NCBI RefSeq assembly: GCF_902713615.1
Contig: NC_052161.1
Location: 117,282,636-117,346,635, forward strand
DNA: 64,000 bases
DNA from: Scyliorhinus canicula
Lineage: Eukaryota
Direction of reading: 5' to 3'
The translations under genes were made by a program, and so were the position numbers. Below are positions 22,601 to 36,292 of the stretch, one piece after another. Every line of letters starts with the position of its first letter. Position 1 is the stretch's first letter. The notes under the pieces are model-generated. The model was given only the letters and a program-made list of their open reading frames with translations. It made no database searches and was not told the origin of the DNA.

Positions 22601-25219
22601 TTTCTGCCCTGTCCGTCTTGTCCCTGTAAGCCCGGATTGAAATCAGCTCCCCTCTCACCACTGCCTTGAGCGCCTCCCACACCACCGCTGCTGAGACTTC
22701 CCCCGTATCATTGACCTGCAGGTAGTTTTGTATACACTTCCTTATCTTCTCGCACACCCCTTCATCCGCCAGCAGTCCCACATCCAGCCTCCACTACGGG
22801 GGCTGGAAGCTCTCTTCACTCACCTGAAGCTCAACCCAATGCGGGGCATAGTCGGAAATGGTGATTGCCGAATACTACGCATCCACCACCCCTGTCAGTA
22901 GATCCCTACTCAGTATTAAAAAATCGATCCAGGAATAGACCCCATGAACGTGCGAGAAGAAGGAGAACTCCTTCCCTGTCGGCCAACCAAACCTCCATGG
23001 ATTCTCCCCCCCCCCCCCCCATCTGCTCCATGAACTCCATCCGCTCTTTTCCCATTGCTGACAGTCGGCCTGGTTTTGAGCACGACCGATACAGGCCTGG
23101 ATCCATTACTGTATTGAAATCACCTCCCATAACCAGCTTGTGGGAATCCAGGTCAGGTATCTTCCTCAGCACCCTCTTTATGAAATCTGCATCATCCCAG
23201 TTTGGCGCATAAAGACCACCTTCCTCCCTTCCAGCTTACCGCTAACCATAACATAGTGACCGTCCCCATCCGAAACAATATTCCCCACCTCAAACTGCAC
23301 CCGCTTGTTCACCAGAATCGCGACTCCCCTGGTCTTAGCGTCTAGACCTGAGTGGAATACTTGACTAACCCAGCTCTTCCTCAACCTGATCTGGTCCGCT
23401 ACCTTCAGGTGCATCTCCCGCAACATTATCACGTCCGCCTTTAAAGCCCTAAGATGCGCTAAGAACACTTTAGCCCTCTTCACCGACCCATTTAGCCCTC
23501 TAATGTTCCACGTAACCAGCCTAGTTGGGGGGCACCGCGCCCCACCCCCTTTGCCGGTCAGCCATCTCCTTTCCTGGGCCTGCCCCGTGCCTCTGTAGCC
23601 CCGCCTCCTGGCAGCGCCCATCCCCGACCTCTTCTCCACTTCTAAAATCAAATCCCTCCCTTGTCAGCCAAACAACATCTCCTCTCCCCCCCCCCCCCCC
23701 CCCCGCAAGCAACAACACTCTGTAACCTAACCTCATCCCTAATCTGATTGTATACAGACCCCCCCCACTGCGCACCCGCAGTCTAGCTCACCCAGCTAGC
23801 CTAGTGGCCCACGGCTTCGGCGCCAGCATGTCTCCCACTTATTGTTTCCTACCTGCCCGCCCCTCGAAACCATCGCCCTCATCAACCCAGCCCCGACGGC
23901 CGCCCCCTTTAAGAAACCGACGCCAACCAAAGTCAGTATAAAGAAAAACAAAGCCAAACTCTCGCCATAATACAAATCAAAGTTACCACTCAAATGAATA
24001 CAAAGTCAAAAATCCCCACCACCATCCCCCTCACAACACAGGAAACCCACCGAAATCAAATAGTTTTTTAACTACTTTCCCCTTCTTAAACAAAACGCAA
24101 TTATCTAAGAGAAAAGCCAAGAACGAAAACAAACAAACGAATAAATCCGTGCAAACAGCATTTGAAACGAGCAGGAAAAACAGTTTCCCAAGCTTAGAGC
24201 AAAATGTTCTCAAGTTGGCACTTTCTTCCTGGCAAACTCCACAGCGTCCTCGGGCGACTCAAGGTAGTGATGTTGGTCCTCATGCGTAACCCAAAGTTGC
24301 GACGGATGCAACAGACCGAACTTAACCTGCTTCTTGAACAGGATCAACTTGACTTGATCAAAGCCTGCCCTCCTGCTGGCCACCTCCACGCTTAGATCTT
24401 GGTACACCTGCAGAATGCTGTTGTCCCACTTACAGCTCCGCGTGCGCTTGGCCCATTGGAGAATATGCTCCTTATCCAGGTACCTATGGAACCTGACCAT
24501 CATCGCCCGAGGGGGGGGTCTCCCTGCCGCGGCTTCCTCGCCAGGGCTCTGTACGCCTGATCCACCTCCAATGATCGGGGGGAAAGCCCCATCTCCCAGC
24601 AGCTTCTGAAACATGTTCGCCACAAACTCCCCGGGATCAGCCCCCTCCACCCCCTCTGGGAGGCCGACAATCCTTAGGTTCTGCCTACGGGACCTGTTCT
24701 CCAAATCCTCTACCTGTTCCAGCAGCCTTTTTTGCCGGTCCCTCAGCATCCCCACCTCCATCTCCACCGCCGTCTGGTGTTCCTCTTGTTCAGCAAGCGC
24801 CTTCTCCAGTTTCTGGATCGTCCAGTCCTGGGTATCCAGCCTCTGCTCCATCCTCTCCACCGTTTCCTTAATCTGGTCCAGACATTCCCCTTTCTGTCTG
24901 GCGAAGCCTTCCCGGATGTCCTGCATCAGCTCCTCCGTTGATGGTTGGGTCAAAGCCCCAGGGATCTGGACACCGGCCATCTTGTCCGCTGCCGCAGCCA
25001 ACACCCAGCTCAACCCTGATTTTTTTGTTTCTTCCCTTTCGATTTCTTCAGGCTCTCTGTTCCATAAACCAATATATACACCGAACACTTGTTCTCTGTT
25101 TCTTCAAATCCAGCGCTTAAAAACGCAAACAAAGTCGGGGGGGGAAAGGTCCGAATGTCTAGCCAGAGCGGGAGCCACCAAATGTGCAACCTACTCCCTC
25201 ATGGTCGCCACCGGAAGTC
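19605..25219 (-). mobile_element. near full-length L1 LINE in CASP9 intron 3 (ORF1 + disrupted ORF2)
   Basis: 5' end GACTTCCGGTGGCG; ORF1 24210-25088 (DLENRSRRQNLRIVGLPE); APE endonuclease (TWNIRGLN, GGDFNTVMD); RT (RQGCPLSP, YADD). TSD ATAAATTTTCCC at 19589-19600 and 25223-25234. Confidence 0.93.
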
Positions 25220-25528
25220 AGCATAAATTTTCCCTTTAATTGAATTTATTAGTGCTTATCTTATATTAGTGGTCCCAAGTCTAGGCACCGCAAATGTTCC
25301 TCGCAAAGGGAAACAGTTTTTGTATCTCTTCCTCACTGATCCCTTTGTACCTCCCACTCTTCGTTTCTTGATTTATGGTCCTTAATTTTTAGATCATTTA
25401 CATTTTTAGTACAAAGAAAAGGACATTGACTTATCAAGTAGAGACTGTACTGAGTGAAAATTACATTTGCATTTTCAGAAAGCGTCGAGTTTCTGTGGAT
25501 TTGACCTTTCCCTTTGCCTATGTCCTAG

Positions 25529-25705
25529 ATTTACAAAATGGACGCTGACCCTTCTGGCTGTTGTTTGATCATCAACAATGTGGATTTCGTTCAAAGCAGT
25601 GGTTTGACTTGTCGTGCAGGCTCTGACATCGATTGTGAAAATGTGCAAAATCTCTTTCAGAAATTGCACTGTAACGTGATCGTTAAAAGAAATTTGACCA
25701 AACAC
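25529..25705 (+). CDS. CASP9: caspase-9 exon 4 (large subunit start)
   Basis: IYKMDADPSGCCLIINNVDFVQSSGLTCRAGSDIDCENVQNLFQKLHCNVIVKRNLTKH; 177 bp; AG/GTGAGT. Confidence 0.95.
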
Positions 25706-25744
25706 GTGAGTATTTCCACACACTGCTAATAATCTTTGATTTGT

Positions 25745-25977
25745 ATTTTTTTTAAATATAAATTAACAGTACCCAATTCATTTTTTCCAATTAAGGGGCA
25801 ATTTAGCATGGCCAATTAACCTAGCCTGCACATCTTTTGGGTTGTGGGGGCGAAACCCACGCAAACACGGGGAGAATGCGCAAACTCCACATGAACAGTG
25901 ACCCAGAGCCGGGATCGAACCTGGGACCTCGGCGCCGTGAGGCAACAGGGCTAACCCACTGCGCCACCGTGCTGCCC
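25745..25977 (-). mobile_element. tRNA/V-SINE short form
   Basis: Family match, 40 bp after CASP9 exon 4. Confidence 0.9.
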
Positions 25978-26867
25978 TTGATTTGCCATTATTGATCATA
26001 GAGAGCACACGTGCTTGTCCAAGGCAGCACAGCCTTGCCTCAGACACTTTACCGAAAGGAACCTGTCGCTTCAGAACTAACCAAGTGTGTTCAAAAGAGC
26101 CAGAAAAAATAAATTATTGTGCTTGCTCAAAGCATGATTTCCCCCTCTGTATTGAATAGCACTCTTAAGAGTTACAGCTATCCAAATTTACTAGGAGTCT
26201 TACATAATCTCTTATATTTTCATAACTTCAGCCAGGCCAAATTCTGTATAGTGCAAAATCTATTCCGAGAATTTAGCCAGGCTTTAACAAAAATCAGGTC
26301 GGCAAAAGGAACATAGGAACAAGGGCCGTTTAGCCCCTCAAACCTATTCCGCCCATTCAATTAAATCATAACTGATTTGCGACCATATTCCTTAATACTT
26401 TACATCAACAAACCTTTATAAATCTCCGATATAAAAGTAAGGATTGGGCCACAGAGTCTCGATTGCCATTTGCAGAAGAGAGTTCCATACTTCTCTCAGT
26501 CTTTGTAAGTGTTTCCTAATTTCACTCCGAAAAGTTCTTTCTCCAGTTGCTGGAGTGTGCAGCCTAGTCTTAGTCTACCCAACCAACGGCTGGAGTTGGA
26601 CATAGCAGAAGGTTTAATATTTATGTAATGGCTTTATTCATACCAGAATCTGTGCATGATACCAATATTTGGAAAGACCTCGTGCCTTATGGTTTTCTTC
26701 TTCCTGGACTCCCAACTACTTTTCACTTCCTCTGGTAAAACAGAACAACGTCACCATGATTCCGTGTTCCCTGTGGTGACTTGATTTGTGAAAATCTCCG
26801 TTTGAACAAATGTTGCATCATGGATTGTCGGTGTTTCCTCAATCTGTTATGTGTTTCTCTCTGACAG

Positions 26868-26957
26868 TTGATGATAGAGGAGTTGAAGAATCTAGCTCGC
26901 AAGGACCATAAGGATTTTGACTGCTGTATTGTAGTTATTCTTTCACATGGCAGTCAG
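26868..26957 (+). CDS. CASP9: caspase-9 exon 5 (catalytic His, SHG)
   Basis: LMIEELKNLARKDHKDFDCCIVVILSHGSQ; 90 bp; CAG/GTGGGT. Confidence 0.95.
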
Positions 26958-27046
26958 GTGGGTCAAGTTTCTGATTTCAGCAGTACGTACAGTAGCTGCA
27001 TGGCATAATTTAGTCTAGTAGGTCAGTAATATTTAAAGTAAGTAGT

Positions 27047-27240
27047 CTTAAAATACCAGGTTAAAGTCCAACATGTTTGTTTCAAACATTAGCTTTCGGA
27101 GCACTGCTCCTTCCTCAGGCGAATAAAGAGCTGTGCTCCGAAAGCTAGTATTTGAAACAAACATGTTGGACTTATATAACCTGGTGTTGTAAGACTTCTT
27201 ACTGTGCTCACCACAGTCCAACGCCAGCATCTCCACATCA
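27047..27240. mobile_element. inverted (tail-to-tail) pair of Penelope terminal repeats
   Basis: ~27047-27107 and ~27134-27195 are reverse complements and match the 3765-3843 repeat. A hammerhead core lies on - at ~27087-27123. Confidence 0.75.
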
Positions 27241-27739
27241 CAGTAATATTTAAACAGTAGGGTAAACATGTTTTGTTTTACTTCTGTTTGGGTGTGAGTA
27301 TTTTTCTCTTTGGTTTCGTCATTTGCTTTCCATTTCTATTTCTTTCTACATCCTACTTCTTTTACTGCACTAGTTTTTCTGTTCTTTTCCTGCTGAACCT
27401 GACTTGGAAAAATTCCTCTTCAATAATCTCAATGATTGTGCTAAATGCACAATTGTCACCACTGTCTGTTATGCACTTCCCTTGCGTGGATTTTTACAAA
27501 CAAGTTTGTTCACAACCTTTGAGCTGCTACACTAATGTGGAAGCGTTTCCCTAAGACCAGCATGTCCCTTCAGGTCCCAGTTCCTGTAGTGTTGCTGCAA
27601 CGGATAGAGTTCCCAACAAGATTCAAAGAATGTCCTTCACAGAAGCCATTCAGGAGAACTGAAGCAAAGACAAAAATTGCCAGAAATACAGCAGGTTCAT
27701 CAGCGCCAGTCAAAGAGAAAAGACAAATTAATATGGTTA

Positions 27740-28560
27740 TACTCCATTACTCCAAGAACTCCATTAAATCCCCAGCCATACCGAGGCACAGGGTGGAGAG
27801 ACTGAGCTCCACCCCAACAGGACCCACCTGCGAGCAATGAGCGAGGCAAAGGCTAAAACATCTGCCCTCCGCTCTCGTCTGCAACTCCGGCAAATCTGAC
27901 ACCCTGAATATGGCCCCAGGGGACTGGGCTCTAAATCCACGTGCAAGATCGGCGACAAGGAGCTGAAGGACGACCTCCAAAATTTCTCCAACTTCGGGCA
28001 GGACCAGAACACATGTACCTAATTGGCTGGGCCCCTTCCACACCACTCACGAATATCTTCCACCCTCTCATACAACCGGCTCATCCTCACATTCGTCAGG
28101 TGCGCCCTCTGCACTACCTTTAGCTGTATCAACCCCTGCCTCGCTCTGAGGTCGAGGCTTTCGCCTTCCGCAACACCTCACACCACAACCCCTCCTCCAG
28201 CGCCATTCCCAGCTCCTCCTCCCACTTGGCCTTAACCCCCCTCAGAGGTGCCATATCCTCCACCAAAATCCTTCCATAGAGCATCGAGATGAACCCCACA
28301 CCCCTCCAGCTCATCACCGCACCCCCCCCCCCTCCAAAAACGAGGAGGGCGGTGCTGCCGGGAGAGTCGGAAAAACCTTTTTCGTGAAATCCCGCATCAG
28401 CATGAACCTGAGAGTCTTCCCCCGTGGGATGTCAAACTTCTCCCCAGCTCCCCCAAACTCGCAAACCGCCTTTCTAAAAACTTCATTTCCATCACCCCTC
28501 GCTCCTCCCATCCCTGAAACCTAGCATTCATCCTCACTGGATAAAACCCATGGCTTCCTC
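27740..28560 (-). mobile_element. L1 ORF2 3' fragment
   Basis: MFWSCPKLEKFW, KWEEELG, DVLAFASLIARR motifs. Confidence 0.85.
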
Positions 28561-28978
28561 TGATTTCAGGCACTTATGAGAACCATCAAGCCCTATCTGG
28601 TCAGCATAGGTTAGACACAGAGTGAAGCTATCCTAAACCTTACTCCAATAACATACCTCAGTAGCATCCTCAGAACGTACCTCTTACAGCAACAATGGCA
28701 TTTTACGTCTTTTATTTCAGCCTCCCTTGTCTGCCCTCTGCGCAAGAATTACCGTTTACAGTACGTCTATCAGACAGGAGACTTTCACCCTGTTGTTACG
28801 TCTACTATACACGTCAGTATAGAACAAATATTTGTGTAAATCATCCTTTTTTCAGCAATTAGCATTAGTTGGGTATGGGTTTACACTGCAGTGTAAATAC
28901 ATTAGCTACATTTCCTGGGTGTAGATGCAGACTATGCTGTTCTAATGTTGAACATTATACACATGTTTCCCTACTCAG

Positions 28979-29129
28979 GCTCAGCACAGGCAATTTCCTG
29001 GTGCAATTTACGGAGTGGATGGGGGTCAACCAGTGCCAGTTCAGCATATTGTCAGCTACTTTGATGGTTCACACAGCCCGACACTGCGTGAAAAGCCCAA
29101 ATTATTCTTCATTCAAGCTTGCGGTGGAG
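28979..29129 (+). CDS. CASP9: caspase-9 exon 6 (catalytic Cys, QACGG)
   Basis: [50 protein letters not shown]; QACGG is the caspase-9-type pentapeptide; 151 bp. Confidence 0.96.
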
Positions 29130-32100
29130 GTAGGTGTCATAATTGTTGCTGAGTTATGGAAATGGATCACTTATCAGAAACATTTTTTTCTCCAGTGTAA
29201 TTTTATTCAGTGTCAAGATCCTAATGTATAGAATGTAAAATAATACAGCTTGTATGCTCATTTCTTTCATACATGAAAATTCAAATATAGAAACTAATTC
29301 CATTTGAGATTTTGGCTGCTTTCTTTTTTAAAAAAATATGTTTTCAAGAAATTTTTCATAATCAGAACAATCTAAAACAATCAAACAGAAAAATACAACA
29401 GAAGGGGGTAAAAAGGTAAAAACACACACAATATCCAATTAACTTGAACATTAAAAACTAACCTAAGCCCCCTAACAGCTGATGGTGACGAACTCCTTAC
29501 AAAAGGAAATAAATAGTTGCCAGCTTAGGTAGAACCTCTCCAAATTCAGATATGACAGTAGGTCACCTGGCCACGCAGAGGCACTAGGCGGAGTGGGAGA
29601 CTTCACCCAAATAACACCTCTGGGCTGTCAGCGAGGCAAAGGCAAGGAGATCTGCCTTCACCCCAGACTGCCTTCACCCCAGACTATCACCAGCAAACCG
29701 GACACCCCAAATATGTCCACCAGCGGCCATGGATCCAAATCTACACGGACTATCTCCGACGTGCTGTTGAAGAAAGATGCCCAGAAGCCTATCAACTTCG
29801 GACAGAACCAGAACATATTCATATAGTTAGCCGGCCCACGAGAACACCGCTCACACTTATCGTCAACCCCAGGGAAGATTCCGCGCATCCTAGCCTTGGT
29901 CAAGTGCATCCTATGCAAAACCTTAAACTGAATCGGGCACATGAAGTCGTGAAACTGACTCCACATCTCACCATTAAGAATAGGACTCAATTCACCCTCC
30001 CATTTTGCCCTTGCACCACTTAACAGAGCAGAATCCGTTGAAAGGATGTGACCATCTATGTCCGAAATAGACCCCTTCTCCCCCCTCAGGCCTAGCCAGC
30101 GATAGAATCCTCTTCATCAGGGAAGAGGGTGGCGCCAAAGGAAAAGAGGGAAATGCTTCACAAGAAAAACCGCAAACTTGGAAATACCTAAAAAAAAAAA
30201 CTGTAGCTGGAATTTCTCAGCTAACTCTTTAAAACTAGGAAACCTCCCCTTCACGAACAGGTCACCAAACCGCTTCAGACCCTTCACTTCCTAAAATGTA
30301 AACGTCGAATCTCAACCATCTGGTAGTAAAAGGTGATTATTACATATGGGGGCCAGCGAAGACGGGGAAAGATGGTTGAAATGCCAATGCTTCCAAATTC
30401 TCGGGGAGAAGACCACCACTGGATACGAGGAAATTCTTACAGGGGAAAATGGCAACGGTGCAGTAACTATTGCACAAAGATTAGAGGTAGTGCGGGATTG
30501 CGCTTCCATTTGTCCCCATATGGCTCTGGGATCGATAAACCACAACAATATTTTTTGGAATATTGGTTGCCCAACAATAAAACAAAAAATTGGAAGGGTC
30601 AGGACCTCGATAGTCTGTCCCTTTGGAGCAGAACCCCACAGATTCTGAGTCCTACCCACCCAGATAAAAGAAGATAATAATTTGTTGACCTTAATAAATA
30701 ACGGATTGGGTGAGAAAAATGGGGACACTGAAAGAGCAATAGAAATCTCGGGAGCACATTCATTTTAATAGTTAAGGATCGGGGGAGATTGTACCACCTC
30801 TGCAAGTCCACCTTAATACCACTAACTGGACTGGAGTAATTTAACTTATGAAGTAAGGCCAGCTGTGGGTCACCCAGACCCCCAGATAACGAAAGCTTGT
30901 CTTGGCAAAATGAAAAGGTAACATCCCCATTTGGGCTCTCCTCTTTGGAGGGTTAACCAGGAAGCATTCCCTCTTGCCTATTTCAACTTGCATCCAGAGA
31001 AGGAGTGAAAAGTGCGAAGAAAGTTTGTTATGTCATCCATGGGGGATACTGGGTCCGTAATATAGAGAAGTAAGTCATCCGCGTAAAGGGACACCCAATG
31101 CTCCACCCCTCCCCGATTAATCTCCCTCCACTTAACAGAGGACTTCAACACTATAGTAAGCGGCTCTATTGCCAGAACAAACTGGAGTGGGGACAGTGGA
31201 CACCCCTGCCTTGTGCCCCGAGTCAAAGAGAAATAATCAGAGTTCAGGGCATTCGTACGAACAATAGCTGTGGGGGGGGGGGTCTTGTACAATAGGCGAA
31301 TCCAAGAAATAAATTTCTGGCCAATTCCAAACCTCCCAAGAATCTCAAATAAATACTCCCACTCCATTCCATCAAATGCCTTTTCTGCATCCAGATGTAC
31401 AATCGCCTCTGGTTCGGGGCACTGAGGGGAGAATAGGACAACATTCAACAGGCGACGTATATTGGCTGACAATTGTCAACCCTTTTTTTAAAATTTTTAC
31501 GATATAAATTTAGAGTACCCAATTCTGTTTTTCCAATTAAGGGGCCAGGGTTCAATTCCCTGCTGGGGTCACTGTTTGTGCGGAGTCTGCACATTCTCCC
31601 CAGGTCTGCGTGGGTTTCCTCCTACAGTCCAAAGATGTGCAGGTTAGGTGGATTGGCCGTGCTAAATTGCCCTTAGTGACCAAAGAAGGTTAGGAGGGGT
31701 TATTGGATTACAGGGATAGGGTGCAAGTAAGGGCTTAAGTGAGTCGGTGAAGACTCGATGGGTCGAATGGCCTCCTTCTGCACTGTATGTTCTATGTAAT
31801 ATAGCATGGCCAATCCACGTACCCTGCACAGCTTTGGGTTTGTGGGGGTGAGACCCACGCAGACATGGGGAGAATGTGCAAACTCCACACGGACAGTTAC
31901 CCAGAGCCGGGATCGAACCTTCAACGTTCCGAAGTGAAATAGGACTGCACGAACCACACTCTGTCGAGTCCTTGCCTCCCAACAGTTGGGATGGGAAGGC
32001 AGTCCAAAAGTCAGACGTGACCGATCCATCCACAGGTGGCTCTGATCTATGGAGATGGCAGTGAAAAGATTCAAAGGCTGCATTACCCTGAGGAGGGACA

Positions 32101-32457
32101 GATACGGGGTTACCCCTTGAATTGCCTATCTTTGTGATCTCCTGCTGTTTCAGCTGGTGAGCCAAAAGACCCGTATTCATCGAACATACCCTTTGAACAT
32201 TGTAATTGGCTTACTGCCCTGTTAGTCGACAAAAGTGAAATGTGTTTTCAATTTCTTCCTAACACCAGCAACTCTAGGGTAGAATAAGTGAGACTGGTGG
32301 TCCATCTCAAGAATGGAGTCCACCAGCCTCTGCTGCTCCACCCTCGCTGTCCTCACCAAATGCACTCTTGTAAGAGATAATTTCCACCCCAAAGGGCTTC
32401 CCACAGTATGGAAGATTAGACTGACCCGGTTTTGTTAAATTGTATATCGTTCTAATG

Positions 32458-32815
32458 GGGAGCAGGGTAGCATGGTGGTTAGCATAAATGCTTCACAGCT
32501 CCAGGGTCCCAGGTTCGATTCCCGGCTGGGTCACTGTCTGTGTGGAGTCTGCACGTCCTCCCCCTGTGTGCGTGGGTTTCCTCCGGGTGCTCCGGTTTCC
32601 TCCCACAGTCCAAAGATGTGCGGGTTAGGTGGATTGGCCATGCTAAATTGCCCGTAGTGTCCTAATAAAAGTAAGGTTAAGGGGGGGGGGGTTGTTGGGT
32701 TACAGGTATAGGGTGGATACGTGGGTTTGAGTAGGGTGATCATGGCTCGGCACAACATTGAGGGCCGAAGGGCCTGTTCTGTGCTGTACTGTTCTATGTT
32801 CTATGTTCTATGTTC
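32458..32815 (+). mobile_element. HE1-type SINE with CR1-like tail (TTCTATG)n
   Basis: Full V-domain TCCTCCGGGTGCTCCGGTTTCCTCCCACAGTCC; tail GAGGGCCGAAGGGCCTGTTCTGTGCTGTAC(TGTTCTA)n. Confidence 0.88.
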
Positions 32816-34803
32816 TCTGTGGCAGTGGACATATAATCACAACATTTTTTTATCCGCTAATAGTGTTGTGTCTCACCTCCATGGTGGTCGTTGGGTGGGG
32901 CCTGACCCTAGCGACAAACTAACAAAGTGCAGGGCATGGTCTGGAATAACAATTGCTGAGTACTCAGCCGCCACTGCTGAAGGGAGGAGAAAAATTTAAT
33001 TGGGTACTCTAAATTTGCGAATGTACGTGATGGGCATGCGGGAAAAAAACCTCTTTATCACGTGGGTGCAAGAAGTGCCAAGGGCTGGGCCGCTCCCTCC
33101 CATCTGCGTCATGAAAGACCACAAAGCCACGACCATACCTCTAGTGCAAAGGATTTAGGCCTGGGACCATCCAATCAAGGGTCCAAGACGCAATTCAAGT
33201 CCCCACCTAAAATAAGCTGATGCAAGTCTAAATTGGGGAGAGAAGCCAGCAGGATATTAATAAAATTCATATCATCCCAATTGGCAGCATAAATCATAAC
33301 CATGACTGGGGTGCCCACAAGGGGACCACAGACAATAACGTATCAATCATTGCGGTCGTCTATAATTTTACAGGCCAAAAAGAAATATTGCCGCACCTCT
33401 CGTCCTACCATAGAAACCAAATGAAAGACCTGCTCAACCAACCCCTTGCGTAACCTAGTTTGATCTCTGACCCGCAAATGGGTCACTTGCAAAAGCACCA
33501 CGTCGGATTTTAAACCCTTTTAAGGTAGCAAATGCCCTCTATCCTTTCACTGGGCCATTCAGACACCTAACATTCCAAGTGGAGGTCCGTCTCTTTCTCC
33601 CCCCCCCCCCCCCCCCCCCCCCCCCCAAATCAGGAATCGGCATTTTCCACCAAGAAAGATTACCCAAGGGATACTTAAAAGGTACAACAAAAATCTACAG
33701 ACACCAACAGCAAACTACCTCTCTCCCTCCCCCCCCCCCCCACGCCTTCGCCCTTGAATACAATCACACCCAAGTACAAATACAAACAAAAGCGATACAA
33801 ACAAAAACTACTAAAGCCCAAACAAAACAAAAACTCTGCTCGTTATCTAAAAAACTACTAGAATGAGCTGCAGCGAACCCCTCAAAACCGTTCTAGTTAA
33901 CCAATTCTTGGTTAGCAGGGAAGCCCCCGACTGGAGAAAAAGAAAAATAGAAGTAAAAAAACAAAATACCAAAATCCATATACCTTGTGCACCGAAATGA
34001 TGCTTATAGATTACCATAACGAACAAAACTCCACATAGTGTAAAAACCCAAATCTGAACAAGAACTCAACCCCGACAAGAACAAGAAAAAATCAGAACGA
34101 ACATATAGCCCAAAAATATGGGACTTCAACAAGCCCATTGACAGAACCGAAGAAAAATAATGGCACCTCGCCCAACTTGTGTCTTTTAACAAAAGAGTCC
34201 GCCTTTCCCGGTGCGTCGAAGAACTGCTAAGCTGGGTAAACCACACCGAACCGGACTCCACTCTTGTACAGAGTTGCCGTGACTCCATTGAACGCGGCCC
34301 TGTTCTTTGCTAGCTCTGCACCCAAGGCCTGATGGAGTGGCCATCCCACTTAAAGTTGCGGTGCTCCTTTGCCCATCTCAAAACCTTCTCCTTAAAGGTG
34401 AATCCTTCGTGGATCTTCAGGACAAGGCCTTGGCCAAAATGTACGATGGGCTTGGTCCAACTCAGAAGGGGATGTGAATTACCCTCACCCACCAACTTGC
34501 CAAACATGCCAGAAAATGTACTCAGTGAGCGTTGTACCCTCCACCTCAACGATCTATTCATTTTGATCACCGAAGACAATTCCAGTGAGGCATTCCGATC
34601 GCTGTGGCCCGACAAGGCCAACTCCATATCTTTGATCGTGGCGCCTTGCGCATCAACGGTCTGACTCGTTTCCCCCAGAGCCGTTTTGATGGGGACAAAG
34701 GCCTCTTCAATTGATTCCTTGACGTCTTCCGACACAATTGATCGGTGCTTTTCGAATTACTTCGCCAAGATACTAGAAGGCAGCTCAATCATTAGTGGAG
34801 TGG

Positions 34804-35045
34804 GGGCAGCACGGAGGCACAGTGGTTAGCATTGCTGCCTACGGCGCTGAGGACCCGGGTTCGAATCCCGGCCCTGGGTCACTGTCCATGTGGAGTTTGC
34901 ACGTTCTCCCCATGTCTACGTGGGTTTCACCCCCACAACCCAAAAGATGTGCAGGGTAGATGGATTGGCCACGCTAAATTGCCCCTTAATTGGAAAAAAT
35001 AATTGGGTACTCTTTTTTTTTAAAAAAAAACAAATTTTTAAAAAA
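34804..35045 (+). mobile_element. tRNA/V-SINE short form in L1
   Basis: TSD CATTAGTGGAGTGG. Confidence 0.88.
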
Positions 35046-36292
35046 CCATTAGTGGAGTGGATGGAGGACCAGAAACTGACTCTGAACTCCGAAAGGCCTC
35101 AGAATCTGTTGATGCGTCTCTGCTCCAGCCACCTATTCCCTGATTTATTTTGCGCATTTTCAGTCATACACGACCTTTATTCGAGTAACTATGTGGGTTT
35201 CTGAGAGTAAACAATCTATAGGGCTAAGAAAAGGGGCAAAAAGTACAATACTCCAGCAGTTGCCACCTCATGCCCTTCTTCCCCCTCCACTGGAAGTCCT
35301 CTACCTATTAGAAACATTAAGAAGAATCAATGTAGTGACTCTTGATGTTTAGTTAAGCTACCAGTGTCTGTTCACAAATTGTCAGCTATACAACTATAAC
35401 CAGAGTCCTTGTAGTTTTGTTCCGGAGTCTCCAGTGGGCACTATTAGTCTCCTTTTATTGCCCAGTTCAGATGGATTATTACTTTAACTCAGCCTTAGAA
35501 ACCATGTTCAAATCCGCACTAAAATATTTACTGTCAAAATACGGTGGTCGAGTGGTTATACAGCTGGACTTGTGACCCGGTGGTCTAGACTAATAAACAA
35601 TAGAATCTGTGTTCAAAACCCACCGGGATGGCAATTTGAGAATTAAAATTTTGTGTTGAAACAGGATCAGAGGATAACAGTGTCAATAAATGTGACTATG
35701 AAGCTTTCAGATTGTCATAAAAACCCAACTGTTAGTTTTACGGAAGCAGACCTGCCATCTTTATCCCACCTGGCCTGTATGTGACTCTGGACCCACGACA
35801 CTCGGGCTCACTGTTAACTGCCGCCTTAAGTAGCTGAGCAAGACGTAATCAAACTGCTGCAAGGAATAACAAAAGTAAAACTCGTCTGCAACCGAAGCAA
35901 CAAATCAGGACTTAAGAAAAGCACACAGCCCAGAGGAATCCTCAAAGTCGTCCTCACAACATCAAGAGTCTAGTGCCTAAATTGAAGGACTGTCCCACAA
36001 ACTAGTTAACCTGACATTTTTTTTTTTTAAAAAGGACTTTCATTTGGCACTTTTCATGACCACCGGGACATCTCAAAGTACTATACAGCCATTGAAGTAG
36101 TCTCCGATCCTTTTACTGCCATTAATGTGTATGCCTTGCCCCATTAGCTGGTCAGATCAATCAGAGATGGGGGAATTGTGGTACGCAGTCAGGAGTGGCA
36201 ACAATGAGTCTGAGCTCCATGGTGCCTCATGTGACAGGTCAAACATAGGCAGAAAATCACCTGGTGATTACTGTCTACCACCCTCCTTCTGA

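Larger units (their letters stand above)
29325..35299 (-). mobile_element. older near full-length L1 in CASP9 intron 6 with nested SINEs
   Basis: 5' end GGACTTCCAGTGG; ORF1 remnants 34300-34790; RT LDAEKAFD/RQGCPLSP/YADD at 30978-31472; C-terminal MFWFCPKL. Confidence 0.85.
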
